Source of the DNA: Podarcis muralis
Taxonomy: Eukaryota
Direction: 5' to 3'
DNA length: 64,000 nt
NCBI RefSeq assembly: GCF_964188315.1
Contig: NC_135656.1
Coordinates: 68,820,001-68,884,000, forward strand
Made by a program: the position numbers and the translations under genes. Shown here in pieces: positions 12,101-23,684 of this stretch. Every line of letters begins with the position of its first letter. Position 1 is the first letter of the stretch. The notes beneath the pieces are model-generated. The model searched no databases, was not told the DNA's origin, and worked only from the letters and a program-made list of their open reading frames with translations.

Positions 12101-15100
12101 ATTGCTATTCACTTGGTTGCAAAATTCAACATTATGAGAATCCTTCCTTCCTTCCTTCCTTCCTTCCCATGCCTGGTAAAATCTCCAAAGCCAAAGGGAG
12201 ACTCAGAATGCTTCCAAGCCATCAAAAGGAAGTATTTTAATGTGCTGCATAGCTCCTTGCCCTTCCCTATGACTAGTGACGAAAGCAGGGAAGTATACAA
12301 AAAGCCAATTTCGACAATGTGTCTAGGTAGCAGAATCCAGCATTTTTCAGCCAAGAATTTGGCTTCATCGGGTACAGAATTTCTTTAGTGTTTTATTTTT
12401 AAGCACAGTTCATGTAGTGTAACTGAGAGGCAAGGAGTCACCCTGACATTTCTTAGCATATCCCCTCTTCCAAATCAGGCAATGTGTTTTCTGAGCAATG
12501 ATAAACGTGCTGCCTGCATCTTGTGCCGAACTGAGCTTCCTCAAAACAAAAGTCTTCATTTTATAAATGGCAGTTTCTAAACCTTGTGGTTAAAAAATAA
12601 ATATGAATATTCCATTCAGGGCAAATTAGGAACAAATTGAGCTACACTTGCTTATATCCACTCAGCCCCCCAGGCAGAGAAAGAGTCTGCTTTGTGCTGG
12701 TTTTGGGTTTCACCTGCGTTGTCTGGCCTTGGTGGTGCTCTTACCTGTTGGGTGCTGCCAGCTGGGATCTGCTGAAACCGTTCACAGGCTTGCCAGAAAT
12801 ATACATTCTCAGCACTAAACTCCTTCTTCAGGAACTCCTAAAAAGAGGTGGGGGTAGAGATGAAGACGACCCTCCCTCTGTCCCAGGACTCTCACAATTT
12901 AGTGTCCTGTGTAGATCAAAGAGTTCATCTAGGCACCATTCAGCCAGGTACAACAAATGCAATACAACACAAAGCAAAGCATTATGTAAACTCTACGACA
13001 GGCACATACTATTGCAGGCTCACACATACACACGGGGGGTGGGGGGGGCCATAGCTGTCACCTTACAGATTTGAAAATAAGGGGCCAGCAGCCTTGAAAA
13101 TTAGGGACCAGCAGCCAAAATAAGGGACCTGCAGCCTCACCTGTTCCAGGCACTCCAGTCTTCCTGTCCTCCTGCAGTCTGGTCAAACTCATGCTGGTAG
13201 CTTCGAGAACACTGTCCAACCAACTTCGTAACCAGAGGTTCAACTGAATAGAATCTGAATCACATGCACCACAAGGCCTATGCAGCCTCAACTTAAGATG
13301 GCTCCCCGGCCTGGCTTTGCACTGCAAAGTTTGCAGCAGCACGTGCAACAAAATGGTGTCCAGCATTCAAAACCCCCCTCAGCTTACATTAACTAGCCAC
13401 ACACAAGGCATGCAAGCTCCACCCCCCAGTCGTTTTTAGACTTCTTATTGGGTGAGCAACACAGCCAAGCAACACAGTTGGAGACTCCCTCCTCCCTGGC
13501 TGGCCGGCAGGGAGGGAGGGAGAGGAGCTGCTTCCTTTGAAATTTAAGGGACATCATTTAAGGGACATTTAAGGGACATCTATCAATAAGGGACAGCAGC
13601 GGGACATGGCGCTGGAATAAGGGACTGTCCCTTCAAATAAGGGACACTTGACAGCTATGGGGGGGCGTACCTCTGCTTCTCACAGAAGGGTGAGCCATTT
13701 CCTTCTCCATTGTGGTGCTGGACTGGGTGGAGCCTCCCCACCCTGCCCCTGCTCTGCAATGAGTATAAAAATACCCCCCACTCTCTCCACTCTTCAGGTA
13801 GTCAATCTAATTGGTAGGGAAGGAGCCATTTTGTCAGCCTTTGTGGCACTGGGCTGGGTGGAGAGGCTTCCACCTCTCTACATAGCACCACACCATGGTG
13901 GGGAGGGGAAATGCACCACTCTTGCTTGATCCTGCATGTTTTTTCCCCAGTGGCAGCCACCAGAAAATTGGGTCAGAGGCTGGCAGGCCACTAAAGAAGG
14001 CTTAGCAGGCCAGACAGCGACGTAGGAAGGAGGGTGCAGGGGTGCGTTCCACCCCTGAGGGGGTGACAAAATGGCACACCGCGAGGGGCAGCACATACCA
14101 TGGGGCCTGGCCTGCAGCGCACCTGAGCCACGCGTCTCTCCTGGGTGTGACGTGGTGGCTCGGGGCCCTATGCTGCCCCAAACGGCAGCATGGGGCTTGC
14201 GTCCGCCAGGTGGACTCTGTGGGCAGCTCGCCGTGGCACCCCCAGCTAGCTACGCCCCTGAGACCAGATAAGCCCCACGGACTGACCATGTCCTACCCTG
14301 GGTTGGAGGGAGATCATGATAAACAGAAGTGCTGTGTCTTACTCACAGTAAAGTAGGCCACACCAAGTCGGTCCTGCAGTAGTGTCTCAAAGGACTCTGC
14401 CCACCGTGCTACAGATTGCCCCGAAGAAGGAGAGGCATTCTGGGTGCTTGGCAGACTGTCCACACTGTTATTACTGCCCCGAGCCCCCGAGCTGTTTAAT
14501 TCTGTGAACAGAGAGAGAGATTTCAGGTCCTTCCCAAGCCCTAGCGTGACACTGAGTGGGGGGTCTGCCCAACTTGGCTACCTAAGAGAGAGGTCTAGAT
14601 GACAACCTCATTTCACATACTGCAGGTGTGCGGAACCTTTGGCTTTCCAGATGTGGCTGAACTACAACTTCCATCATCCCAGGCAACTGGACATGATTGC
14701 TGGGGCTGATGGGACTTGTAGTTTGGCAGCATCTGGAGGGCCAAAGGTTTGCCACTCCAGACATACAGAAACCAACTGGAGTGGCAACTGAATCTTACTT
14801 CAACAAGATGGCATACTCCACTGCACCTGAGGGCAGCAGGCTAGTGTAGGAGGTGCAGGCCATGCTGTGTGGCATAGGCAGTCCTGTCATCCAATACTTT
14901 CTCATCTCTCCCTCTACCCCCAGCATCCTCCTGAGGTAGACACCTAACTCCACATAATGAAGGGGTTGGCCCAGCAACAATCTCTGGCCTCTGTATACCA
15001 GCTGATAAATCTTATGAGAGCTGGAAGTAGCCAGTCTGTGTCCTGTGTCCTGGCAAAATATCCTGAGAGGTATTTTGGGCAACGTTTGTTTCACCATCTG

Positions 15101-18100
15101 GTTGCCTGGAGCTGTTTTATGTAATTCGGAATGCCAATGTGAGTGAGTGTGAGCAGGTCTTCCTGTTGCTTGTAGAGTTTACCAACCTTTGCACTGCTCC
15201 ACCCCTACTAGCCAGTGAGCCCTGCTGTCATGTTCAGGTCTTTAACCTTCCCACATGCCCAGCACCCTTCCCAAAGACAGACGGCCTACTTACCCCCATC
15301 TGACACAGCCAGGCCCTGCAAGAGAAGGATGAAAGTGGTCAAAAGAGTTCTTAGGGATATGGCAGAATGCAGCGGGGCCAGTACCTCCGGAGACGGAGGA
15401 AGCCTCTGCTCCAGCATGAGACAGCCTCACAGGACATTCTGCTGCACGCAGCAGATGCAAGATAGCCGTCTGCTACCAGAAAGCTTCCAACCTCAGGACA
15501 AGTGCCAAACTGTGCCGCATCCAATCTCCCGTGCTGTTGTGGAAGTCTGCTGTGGTCAGAACTCACTGTAAGCAATGTAAGGAGGTGCTGACCTACATGA
15601 GAGCAGGAGCCTACCACTACCACCCCTGGACCCAGCTGCCTTTGGGATAAAGTAACCTTATTCCCAGATGCACCCCAGGAGGAATGACCCAGGGCCAATA
15701 CTATTCCATACCGTCCAACATTTTCTCAGATGAAAATTGGGACATTCTATTCTACATCAGGAAGCTTCTCCCGTGTTTGATCTCCAGCACACATAGATGT
15801 CTTATACCCATATACATCTGTCACCTTGAGCCAATTACAACCTCTCAGCCTAACGTACCTCACAGGATTGTTGTAAAGAAAAAAAATATGTGAGGGAGGG
15901 GATTGTATACACCTTCAACTGATAAATGGAACTGAAATAAAATTTCAGCAGTACACTGCTTTGAGTCCCTATCAGGGAAAAGGTGGGAAAGAAGAAGAAG
16001 AGGAGGAGGAGGAGGAGGAGGAAAAACTGTGAGAATGATCAGGAACATACCAGAGAGTAAATCCTATTGAACTCAGTGGGATTTAATTCTGATTAAAAAT
16101 GCTTAGGATTGTCCAGTCTTTACCCAGTTACCTGGGAGTAAGCTCCTTTGAATACAGTGGGACTTACTTCTGAGTAGACATGTAAAGGCTTGCAGTGTAA
16201 GGCTCCATTTACAATAAAGGAATAAACGCCTCATGTGTTTCCTAAAAAATGGCTGGCTGCTGAAGCATTTTAATTAAACGATTTAAAGCGGACTGGTGAC
16301 CTTTTCCTTCAGAATTATAGGAAGGGGCTTTGTATGCCAGCTTCACCATTTCCTTAATTTGATGCAGGTAATTTATTTTCGGTATAAGCAGCACTCCGTT
16401 TTTGCACACATACACATATACACACACCACTTTTAATTATTCTCTGAGACATGGAGGGGAAGAAAATGGAAAAGTAGGACATTCCAGGTTCAATCAGAAA
16501 TAGTGTTCAAAGTGTAACATTATTTGTATAATGGCACCAAAGGGCCACACACAAGACCTAGAGCAGGGGTGGAGTGCTTCAGGCCCAGGGGTCAAGTGTG
16601 GCCCTTCAGGCCTTTCTATTTGGCCTCTAAGACTCTCTGCTGCCACAATACCCTCTTGAGCCTCACCCCTCACCTGCCCTGCTTTGCACCCTTCCTTTTT
16701 TTTGGCCTGACCAGAATGTGTCCTTTGAAGAACTCTAATAACACCTCTTTAGCTTGTCTGAGTATATGTAAACACTAGCCAATCATTGCTCTGCCTGCCT
16801 TTGCCTCTGGCACCACCTGCCACTGAAGGAAATGTGGCTCTCAGGCTGACAAAGGTTCCCCACTCCTCAACTCGAGACTCCCATCCCAAGGACCATCCGG
16901 ATGTGGTACAGAGACCAGCCTTGCCACAGTGCCACAGTCTAGTCGAGCCAACCGCATACAGATGTTGGTGGTGTCCTTTGCCTACGCCATTGCTGTGTGG
17001 CACATACAAGGTTCCTCATACTGGAACCTCAGTCTATGTCTTTCAGATCACACAAATCTGAAAAGGACTAATGGAAGCAGGATGCTGATGGGATATGCCT
17101 GACAGATTGGTCCTTCTCATGTCAGGCGAGACAAAACAACACCCCATATGAGAACGTGAGCAGCCAATCCTTCTTGAAAACCCACAACAGTTTCTACAGA
17201 AACAGGGTTGAATTCAACCTAATGTTACATGGCAGTGGGAAACTTCCAGGACACATAGATTATGCACACATTAGCACACACACACACACATACTGCATAC
17301 TGCTGTACACAGCCGAGAAGGGGCAGGGATGTCTTCACTTGATACACATTGCCTGTTTGGTTTCCCCATGCCTGTAAACCACCACTACCCTGAACTCATG
17401 AAGCTACCATCTGCACATGTGTAACAGCTGTACACACCTCAGCTTAACCGTGAAATGAATGTAGCTTATGTTTTCCAATTGGATGGCACTGGTTTGAAGG
17501 GAAATGCACGAAGGAGCAGTATTTCTCAAGAAAAAGCGACAGGATATAGATGTGGATTGTGACAAATGCCTTGTGTACGCAGCTTCAAGCACCAGTGGTG
17601 GGCCACAGTAAACAGTAATGTGGGTACCGTCTCTGGGGTCAGTATCTGATATTTCTATTTGAATCCACATTATAGAAAGGATGGGGAACCTCTGCTGGAC
17701 TACAGCTCCCATCATCCCTGACCATTTGTTATACTGGCTGAGGCTGATGGGTGTTGAAGTCTCACAGTGTTTGACAGGCCACAGATTCCCCAACTCTGCA
17801 CAATAGGATAAGACTCTATGTTGTCACCATAGTCAAAGGGAATCTTTCCATGAACCACACCATGGACTTCTCTCCAAAGGCTCCTACAAACTGATCCCAC
17901 ACAGAAATTCCACATAGGATCCCCCATCCAGGGCAAACAAAGGCTAAAGCCACTTTCCAGGCAACCAACTGGGTTTCTGTGGCTGGCTCGCAATTATCTC
18001 CCATCTAACATTCCTACCGAACCCTGCTATTCCCTAAACAAATGGGTCAGGTTTCAGCACCACCAGCTTATCTAACCTGCAACTCCTTACTTTTTTTTAA

Positions 18101-18932
18101 ACTTTTTGTTGTTGTTGCCTTGCTCACAACATGAGTCTCCGGCATCCAGTTTTGTCAGCCCATCTAATCTGATTACAGCCCTTCCTTGCCTTTTGTGGCT
18201 GCCAGTCATGCTGAGTTGTGCAACATGATCTCAGAGACTCTCACGCCAGCCCTCGGTCTTCTGGGCTCACCGCGGCAGATCATCTCTCAGTGCAGGCTGC
18301 AGCCTCTGAAAAGTACTGTGATTTCACAGGCCACAGAAACCCTCGAGCTCAGTGTGAGACCAAAAAAACCCCAATCTGGCCGGGTGTGGAGGGCGAGGGG
18401 TTAGCAAGGCAAGAGTCACAGACCCTTGACACAGACCAGCCACGCAGAGAGTGCTTTCCATGTACTCTCCCACAAGTTACAAAGAACAAGGTGGGGCAAA
18501 CAGGCTCCTTGTCACCAGGCTCAAAGGAAATGAAGTGTAGATTAGCCTTTCTCTAATAGTCAAATCCCAGCCTCCCCTCAATATCAGTGTCACAGCCTCC
18601 CACTTATCTTCCTGGATGTCAGAGATCCATGAAAAGTATAGGCACCCCAGCTGGCCTAGAGAGGCCATGCAAGGAGAAAAACAATGAATGCTGATCTTCC
18701 TGGACAAATAACCACCCCAAAATGCATAAACACACAACCCAGATCCTTAAAAGGCTGCTTCCCTGAAGCATCCTTTGCTGGGGACAGAAAAAACAAAACA
18801 GAAACCACATTTCCTTGCAGGTTTGTGAGCTGCAAGCCTCTGGCCTTGCCATCATCCCCCAGGAGCAACTGAAGTGTACTCACTCACCATTCGGCCATTT
18901 TGGACGCCCAGGTATTTGGGTTTTCCCAGCAT
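209..18932 (-). CDS. RGS14: Regulator of G-protein signalling 14 (RGS domain, two Ras-binding domains, GoLoco motif); 15 coding exons, about 618 aa
   Basis: Phase-consistent exons (minus strand): 18888-18932 [15 protein letters not shown]; 15294-15315 GLAVSDGE; 14347-14501 ...[19 protein letters not shown]; 12745-12837 [25 protein letters not shown]; 11759-11902 [14 protein letters not shown]...VNIDRQAW; 11227-11376 [17 protein letters not shown]; 10985-11105; 10732-10853 [17 protein letters not shown] (GC donor); 8560-8763 [14 protein letters not shown]...CQRRGL; 6368-6444; 4234-4360; 3182-3263; 2166-2254 (or 2224); 1747-1858; 209-522 [21 protein letters not shown] (GoLoco with DQR triad), then TGA. 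The sum is 1857 nt with no internal stop, and the peptides closely match vertebrate RGS14. Confidence 0.97.
656..1459 (+). mobile_element. L2-like LINE 3' end, split by a CR1 insertion (656-708 and 1307-1459)
   Basis: The two halves join into a sequence colinear with the uninterrupted copy at 45321-45540 (gcagagggcc...ctgtggaa(c/t)gccct...cagatgtcaa...aaggca(a/g)ccctgtt(t/c)agggaagtttttaatg). Confidence 0.75.
709..1306 (+). mobile_element. CR1 LINE, 5'-truncated young copy (ORF2 C-terminus plus 3' UTR)
   Basis: Stop-free peptide [32 protein letters not shown]...[13 protein letters not shown]...[20 protein letters not shown], ending in the CR1 tail (TTCTATGA)n at 1281-1306. Confidence 0.95.
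1460..1595. other. Assembly gap (136 N)
   Basis: Run of N where the L2 simple-repeat tail would be expected. Confidence 0.99.
3285..3860. repeat. 89-bp direct repeat (3285-3373 and 3772-3860) in an RGS14 intron
   Basis: ataagtggaacgtgagtgcaacaacacaacaa(t/c)gaggaattcc...ttcaac(a/g)actagtaggca; two mismatches between the copies. Confidence 0.95.
4889..5353 (+). mobile_element. Probable solo LTR (endogenous retrovirus / LTR retrotransposon)
   Basis: TG...CA ends, 40-bp tandem repeats carrying CCAAT boxes (5048-5146), TATATAAG at 5257 and AATAAA at 5311, in U3-R-U5 order. No clean TSD found. Confidence 0.6.
5538..6029 (+). mobile_element. Bov-B (RTE) LINE 3' fragment, young
   Basis: Open peptide [59 protein letters not shown]...[17 protein letters not shown] with a (CAA)n tail. 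Confidence 0.95.
6102..6140. repeat. (TG)n microsatellite
   Basis: Direct reading. Confidence 0.95.
6529..6665. mobile_element. hAT-like MITE (CAGTGCTTTTTT-type termini), degenerate
   Basis: Starts cagtgctttttttct and ends agaagaaaagcatta; termini related to the element at 25248-25391. Confidence 0.55.
7313..7528. mobile_element. Tc1/mariner (Tigger/pogo-like) MITE
   Basis: TIR (c)agtggtacc...ggtaccactg with TA flanks; near-identical to 56888-57117; internal cttcaggttaagaac repeats. Confidence 0.85.
8850..8996. mobile_element. hAT MITE with perfect 8-bp TSD
   Basis: TIR cagtggcgtagcgtggg...cccacgctacgccactg; TSD accagatg at 8842-8849 and 8997-9004. Confidence 0.9.
13050..13659. mobile_element. 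Non-autonomous DNA transposon (hAT-like) with TAAGGGAC subterminal repeats, containing a Bov-B fragment (13146-13222, minus strand)
   Basis: TIR catagctgtca...tgacagctatg; G-rich near-TSD; about eight AGGGAC motifs clustered at the ends. The internal ggtcaaactcatgctggtagcttcgagaacactgtcca matches the other Bov-B copies. Confidence 0.75.
14015..14260. mobile_element. hAT MITE (CAGGGGCGTAG-type termini)
   Basis: cagcgacgtag...ctacgcccctg; flanks aggccaga / agaccaga (7/8 TSD). Confidence 0.7.
14621..14760. mobile_element. Degenerate palindromic MITE (actacaactcccatcatccc family)
   Basis: Foldback core ccagatg...actacaacttccatc...gatgggacttgtagt...catctgg. Related decayed copies occur near 4070-4165, 17683-17795, 24920-25025, 31477-31630, 39460-39565 and 58800-58900. 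Confidence 0.65.
15790..15890 (+). mobile_element. MIR/CORE-like ancient SINE fragment
   Basis: gtcaccttgagccaattacaacctctcagcctaacgtacctcacaggattgttgt; similar fragments near 7100-7270, 14860-14990, 19660-19830 and 29780-29945. Confidence 0.55.
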
Positions 18933-19102
18933 GCCTCGTGCTGCTGTCACAGGTAGTCCGTCTAAGCCAGGACCATCAGCCTAGGAGAAGCCCCTCCCTG
19001 AGGCTGCAGCACGGCCTTCTGAGCATCCCCGGCAGGGAGAGAAAGAAGGAGTGCAGCTGCCTGCCACGCTCACAGTGCTGCACTCACTACCTCTTTTCTC
19101 TA

Positions 19103-19127
19103 CCACAGGAAGTGTCACTATGGAAAC
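19103..19127. promoter_or_regulatory. ETS site plus RFX X-box upstream of the RGS14 start codon
   Basis: caggaagt abuts gtcactatggaaac (19114-19127), which fits the X-box consensus GTHNYY-AT-RRNAAC; about 180 bp 5' of the ATG at 18932. Confidence 0.45.
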
Positions 19128-19829
19128 CAAAACCACAGCTCAAAATGGGGTTTGGAAGAGAGACTCCCTCCTTCGAAGAGCACAGCCCCACAGACACCCA
19201 CAACAGCCCAGGGCTCTCTGTGAACTGTCCAAGGCTAGAGCATAATTTTCCCCAAAGGATTCTGCATCCTGATAAGGAACCGGAGCGTTAGGAGCTAAAG
19301 GCAAAGAAATTTACTGTCATCCACCACAAGAAACCCCTCAGGGGAAGGAACTGAACAGATGGAAGCAAGGTAACAAGGCGTTGCTTCAGCAGAAATGCAG
19401 TAGAAGGAGCGAGAGAATGAAGACAACAATCTGAGGCGAACGCAGCACAGAAAACTGTCCTTGGAGATCATGAGACTCCATCAGGAAAGTGAGGACTTTG
19501 TTTCATAATCTCTGCTGTAGCAATATGGCAAAAGAGGTTCCAGCTAATAAACAAACTTGCTGGCATGAAGTCAGGGGCCTTGTGACTACGTATATGGTGC
19601 CTCTAGGCCTCTAATCCAGGCAGCAACGGATATGACGCCCAGTCCGACATTGTTAAGCGTGATATTGGGATTTATTCACTTATTTCTTACATTTTTATCC
19701 CAGCCCTCCTCCAATGAGCTCTGGGTGGCATACATTCCTTCCTCCCCTATTTTATCATCACAGCTACCCTGTGGGGAAGGTCATGGAGCAATTGGCCAAA
19801 GATTACCCAGCAAACTTCATGGTTCTAGT

Positions 19830-20318
19830 TAGGGTGGCCACTTTCAGCACAGATTGCCAGAAACAGAGAACACATAATTGCATCTGCTAATTTTTATATA
19901 GAGATACCAATTTCAAATACTAAAATTTAAATAGAAATACATTACTTCTCACCACAGGGAGGACTGCAGCCAGGTGACCTGTGCCTGCTCAGTCTACTCT
20001 CGAGATCCACACTGTTGATTGGCAATTCCAAAAGCCCTCCTGCTTTCCCTTTCTCTTTAAATTGAACCTGGATTCAGGGTGACAACTTGAATGAAATACG
20101 GGAGGCAGGTAAGCCTCACCCCACATAGTCAATCGCAAGATGCAGTGCACACACACCATTTGAATGGCAATGTCCATCAGCTTGGGGGGGCAGCCCCCTG
20201 AAATATTTTATGGGGGGGCAAAGGGCCTCAGTTATTAGGAGTTAGCTTCTATGCCTGGACTGAACTGCCCTTCAAATAGAGGACTGCCCTCTGTAAAGTA
20301 GGATATATGGCCACCCTT
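19830..20318. mobile_element. Non-autonomous DNA transposon (AGGGTGGCCA termini) with a nested repeat fragment
   Basis: tagggtggcca...tggccaccctt; partial TSD gttctagt/gtcctaga. The segment 20100-20250 resembles the repeats at 49070-49230 and 60146-60318. Confidence 0.55.
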
Positions 20319-22260
20319 GTCCTAGATTCTAGGACATGGACCAACACATACACTATACTGGCTCTCACTGGGAAAGCTGGCAGCCTTTGAGATAGATTTG
20401 ACCATTCCAATGAAAACTTTAACTAGCTTCTGATAATTCTTTCAAATTCAAAGCAAGGTGTGATTTAAAAAAAAATGTTGTCCAGTTTCACTTGTAACGT
20501 GTAATTGTGTACAGTAATGTTATTGCGTTGTTATGCATATTCTGAGAAAGTAAAGGATCACTGTCAACCTGAGGATATATTTCAGAACACCCATTCATTC
20601 TTTAAACATGACATTTGCTCCAGAGCAGTGAAGCTTTTCCTTCTAAGTAATGCCACTTGCATTATAGTACCTAAACATATTGTCCCAGGCATTGGCCTAG
20701 TATGAGGAGAATACACTGACCTCCTAAAGTGTAACAGTTGGACATCTCTGATCCAATGCAAGGCTGGGAACATTAATGAGCTTACCTGAATGTGCTGCAA
20801 ATTCTAGCATGTCATACAAACACAGCACAATCAATGGTACTCCCCATGGGTATAGCATGGGAGGCACTGCAAATAATATTGTAGTAGAGAATTCACAAGG
20901 GAGGTTGCTGTATTGTAAACATTCTCAAGATTGCCTGTGAAGATGTGTAATTAGTGCTTGCAGTGAGCACTGGGTTAAAAACAAATGTTCAAAGTCTAAA
21001 GTAAAATTGACCACATGCACCCATCATTTATGTACAGACTATTACCTGTGACGTCTATCAATCTGTCAGGTAAAAGTTCCCAGGTTCTATATGGACTGCA
21101 TCAGTCATGAAGAAAACACTTTATTTATGGAAAATATGCTTCTGGTGGTAATTTATAACAGGTAGTTCTCAACAGACAACAAAAATGTTGCCATCCGAGA
21201 TAGGCTGGTGGATGGTGGGGTCAGGGGGTTGGCTCCCTCCTGTAGCACAGATGGGCGAGTACAAAAAATGCACCTCTCTTGGTTCCTCGGCAGAAGAATC
21301 TGGATGGTGGTGGGAGTGGGAAAATGAAAAATTGGGAAAGCCAAAGCTGACGCGTTTTTCCATCCCTGGAGAGGAGTGTGTGAGGGTATATGGAAGCCAG
21401 CCAAGTGTACAAAGGAAAAAATTGTATTAATTGCTCCACCTGCCCCCCACTTATTTGCATTGTGCCCTGGAAGGTTGTCCCAAAGAGGAAAAGGGTTGCT
21501 CACCCTCCACACTTACAGCCAGAAAGGTACCAGTGCCTCTGTTCCTTGAGAAAGACTCTGGCCCGCCTGGAAAGTGTATTAATGCATACAAGTGCTTTCG
21601 ATTCCAGCTTTGTTGGACTCTGTAACATGAAGGCTAAAGCTCTGAGCCCACGTCCCCCTCCTTCCTGTCATATGTGCTGCAATCATCTTGTCACTTTTCT
21701 AGATCATGTCATGCAACTGGAGCAAGAGGCAGGAAGAATGGATCTGCTACTTGTCTGAATTTTTCAAGCTTTGGACAATGATTGTGGGTGGTTCTCTCCT
21801 ACTTGGCTATGTTTTGTATCTATATATAGTACTTCAGCTAGTACCTAATATTCATGCCTGACATTCCAGCAAATGTTTAGGTTGCAAATTGCATTCCTTT
21901 TTAGTACTGCAGCAGACAAATTTTTCATATTTTATTTTCATAATCTTCCATTCTCTTACTGTTCATTTGACCTGTATCTTCCATGGCGCTTCAAATTATA
22001 TCCACATTATATCCACATTCCCAGTGAACTTCATGCTGGTTGTTGCCTCCAGAGGTACAATACACCAGATGGGGTCTTTCCTCATAATGGGAGATTTGTG
22101 CAGTTACTGTTATGCACAATGTTATCAGTTGTGCTGTGATACAAGGCCTATGCAATTTCCAGAGAGGGCTTAGTCTATTGCAACAAAAAGGGACTGTGTT
22201 GTAAGGACTATGAAGCTGATTGTCCACATTTACAGGGAGAAAAGACCCAGGGAACCTGTT

Positions 22261-22262
<2 letters not shown>

Positions 22263-22319
<57 letters not shown>
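22263..22319. repeat. (AG)n microsatellite
   Basis: About 28 perfect units, read directly. Confidence 0.98.
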
Positions 22320-22320
<1 letters not shown>

Positions 22321-22324
<4 letters not shown>

Positions 22325-22505
22325 CTGTTATTGGGAATCATTGCTGCCTCCAACTGCGGACGTAGAGCATAGCCAATCACGGCTAGTGGCCACCCATAGC
22401 CTTCTTCTCCTCCCATGAATTTGTCTAATCCTCTTTCAAAGCCATCCAAGTTGGTGGCCATCACTGCCTCCTAGGAAGAGCGAGCTCCATACTCTGTGCT
22501 GCATT
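22321..22505 (-). mobile_element. CR1-like LINE ORF2 end and 3' UTR fragment (older subfamily)
   Basis: Peptide MATNLDGFERGLDKFM. Related 3' UTR pieces (cctgctggatcag...catctagtccagcatcctgttctcacag) occur near 3690-3770, 9390-9590, 17060-17180 and 36120-36260. Confidence 0.75.
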
Positions 22506-22779
22506 AAGTCCATTTATAGCATTCATAAATGAAGTAAATAAGAGGTTTTTGTCGATTAAGCAGTATATTACTCTCGTTAAAGAAAGAAAATTAAAATGCA
22601 AGTCATGGGCATAGCCATGATTTATGTTAAGGTCGGGTGCAGGACTTTTGTTAGGGGGGCAGAACCGAGCTATATGCGACGCAATTGCTCAGTTAGTTAA
22701 GTATTTTTATTTATTTACTTGATTGGGGAGGGGGGCAGCTGCCCTCCCTGCACCACACCGGGTGTTAGGGAAAGGTGAC

Positions 22780-23300
22780 CCGGCCGAGCCCTTGAAGAGG
22801 CCAGCCTTTCAGGACGGTACCCACGTCGCGCGCGGTTCTCCGAGGCTGCGCGCGAAGGCCGACCCTGGCGCCTGGGAGACTCGGCGGCTCTGCTTTGGAC
22901 TCTCACGACGCCCAAAAGCCGCAGCAAGGCGGGAGCCCCGGCACTGGCTCCTTCCCGCCCTCTCTGCATTTCCATGGAGACAGGAGCAGGAAGTATAAAC
23001 GAGAAATCCGACTTCATCTCTCTCTCCACAGGCGCCACAGCCGGAGCCTTCGAAGAAACGTCCCCGGGCGCCTTGGTGCGCGCGCTGCGTCTTCGGGCAA
23101 GTCTCGGGAAGGAGGCGGAGGGCGCCGCGTTGCCGCTTGGTTCTTTTCTTCCCCAGAGACTGCGAAGGAAGCAGCCTGAGGAAAGGGTGGGAAGCTGTGG
23201 AGGGAACCGTCGCCTCTCCCTCATCAGATGGGCGCAGGAAGGGAGCGGAGAGAGAGCGCGCGCAGAGGAAGAGTTGGATGCGTGAGCAGGACTCAGCAGA
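22780..23300. promoter_or_regulatory. CpG island / probable promoter of the WD40 gene, divergent from RGS14
   Basis: Dense CpG (gcgcgcg, ccgg runs) immediately 5' of the WD40 exons; X-box-like atttccatggagac at 22968-22981. Confidence 0.75.
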
Positions 23301-23684
23301 CCCTCTTTGCTCTTATAGGATGACACGAAGCCCCTAGGAGGGCAAGAGTCCCTTAATCAGCAGGTTAGAGGAGAAAAGTTGAGATGGTACAACTTTTCTC
23401 ACCCAGTCAATAAAAGCTTTCTGCAGGTGAAAGTTCATAGGGCAAGTCTTGGGTTTGCTTGTTTTTTAATGGGTCCAGAGAAGATTCCCTAGGGAAACTA
23501 TTAGCAAGCCGGCTCATTATACTGAGGCTGCTTCCAGCCTGCTACTTAGCGGCAATTTCAGGTTACGCAATTTCTGTCGATTGGGAGGTCCTCGCCAAAC
23601 AAGCCGACTTCCCCCAAAGACCTTGGAAATCTGCCAGAAGGGTGACCCTGTGTTTCCCCACGTTCTCTGGCCCTAATCTCAGTC

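Noticed and set aside
13540-13650. CRISPR-like or iteron array
   Set aside because: Eukaryotic DNA; irregular 8-bp motifs are transposon subterminal repeats with no spacer structure.
21991-22464. 157-aa ORF with SLSLSL run
   Set aside because: CR1 end plus an (AG)n microsatellite.
22715-23326. 203-aa minus-strand ORF and overlapping ORFs
   Set aside because: Stop-poor GC-rich CpG island; no recognisable domain.
23479-23641. Extra upstream WD40 exon that would fix the phase
   Set aside because: It would need a 41-nt intron, too short for vertebrate splicing.
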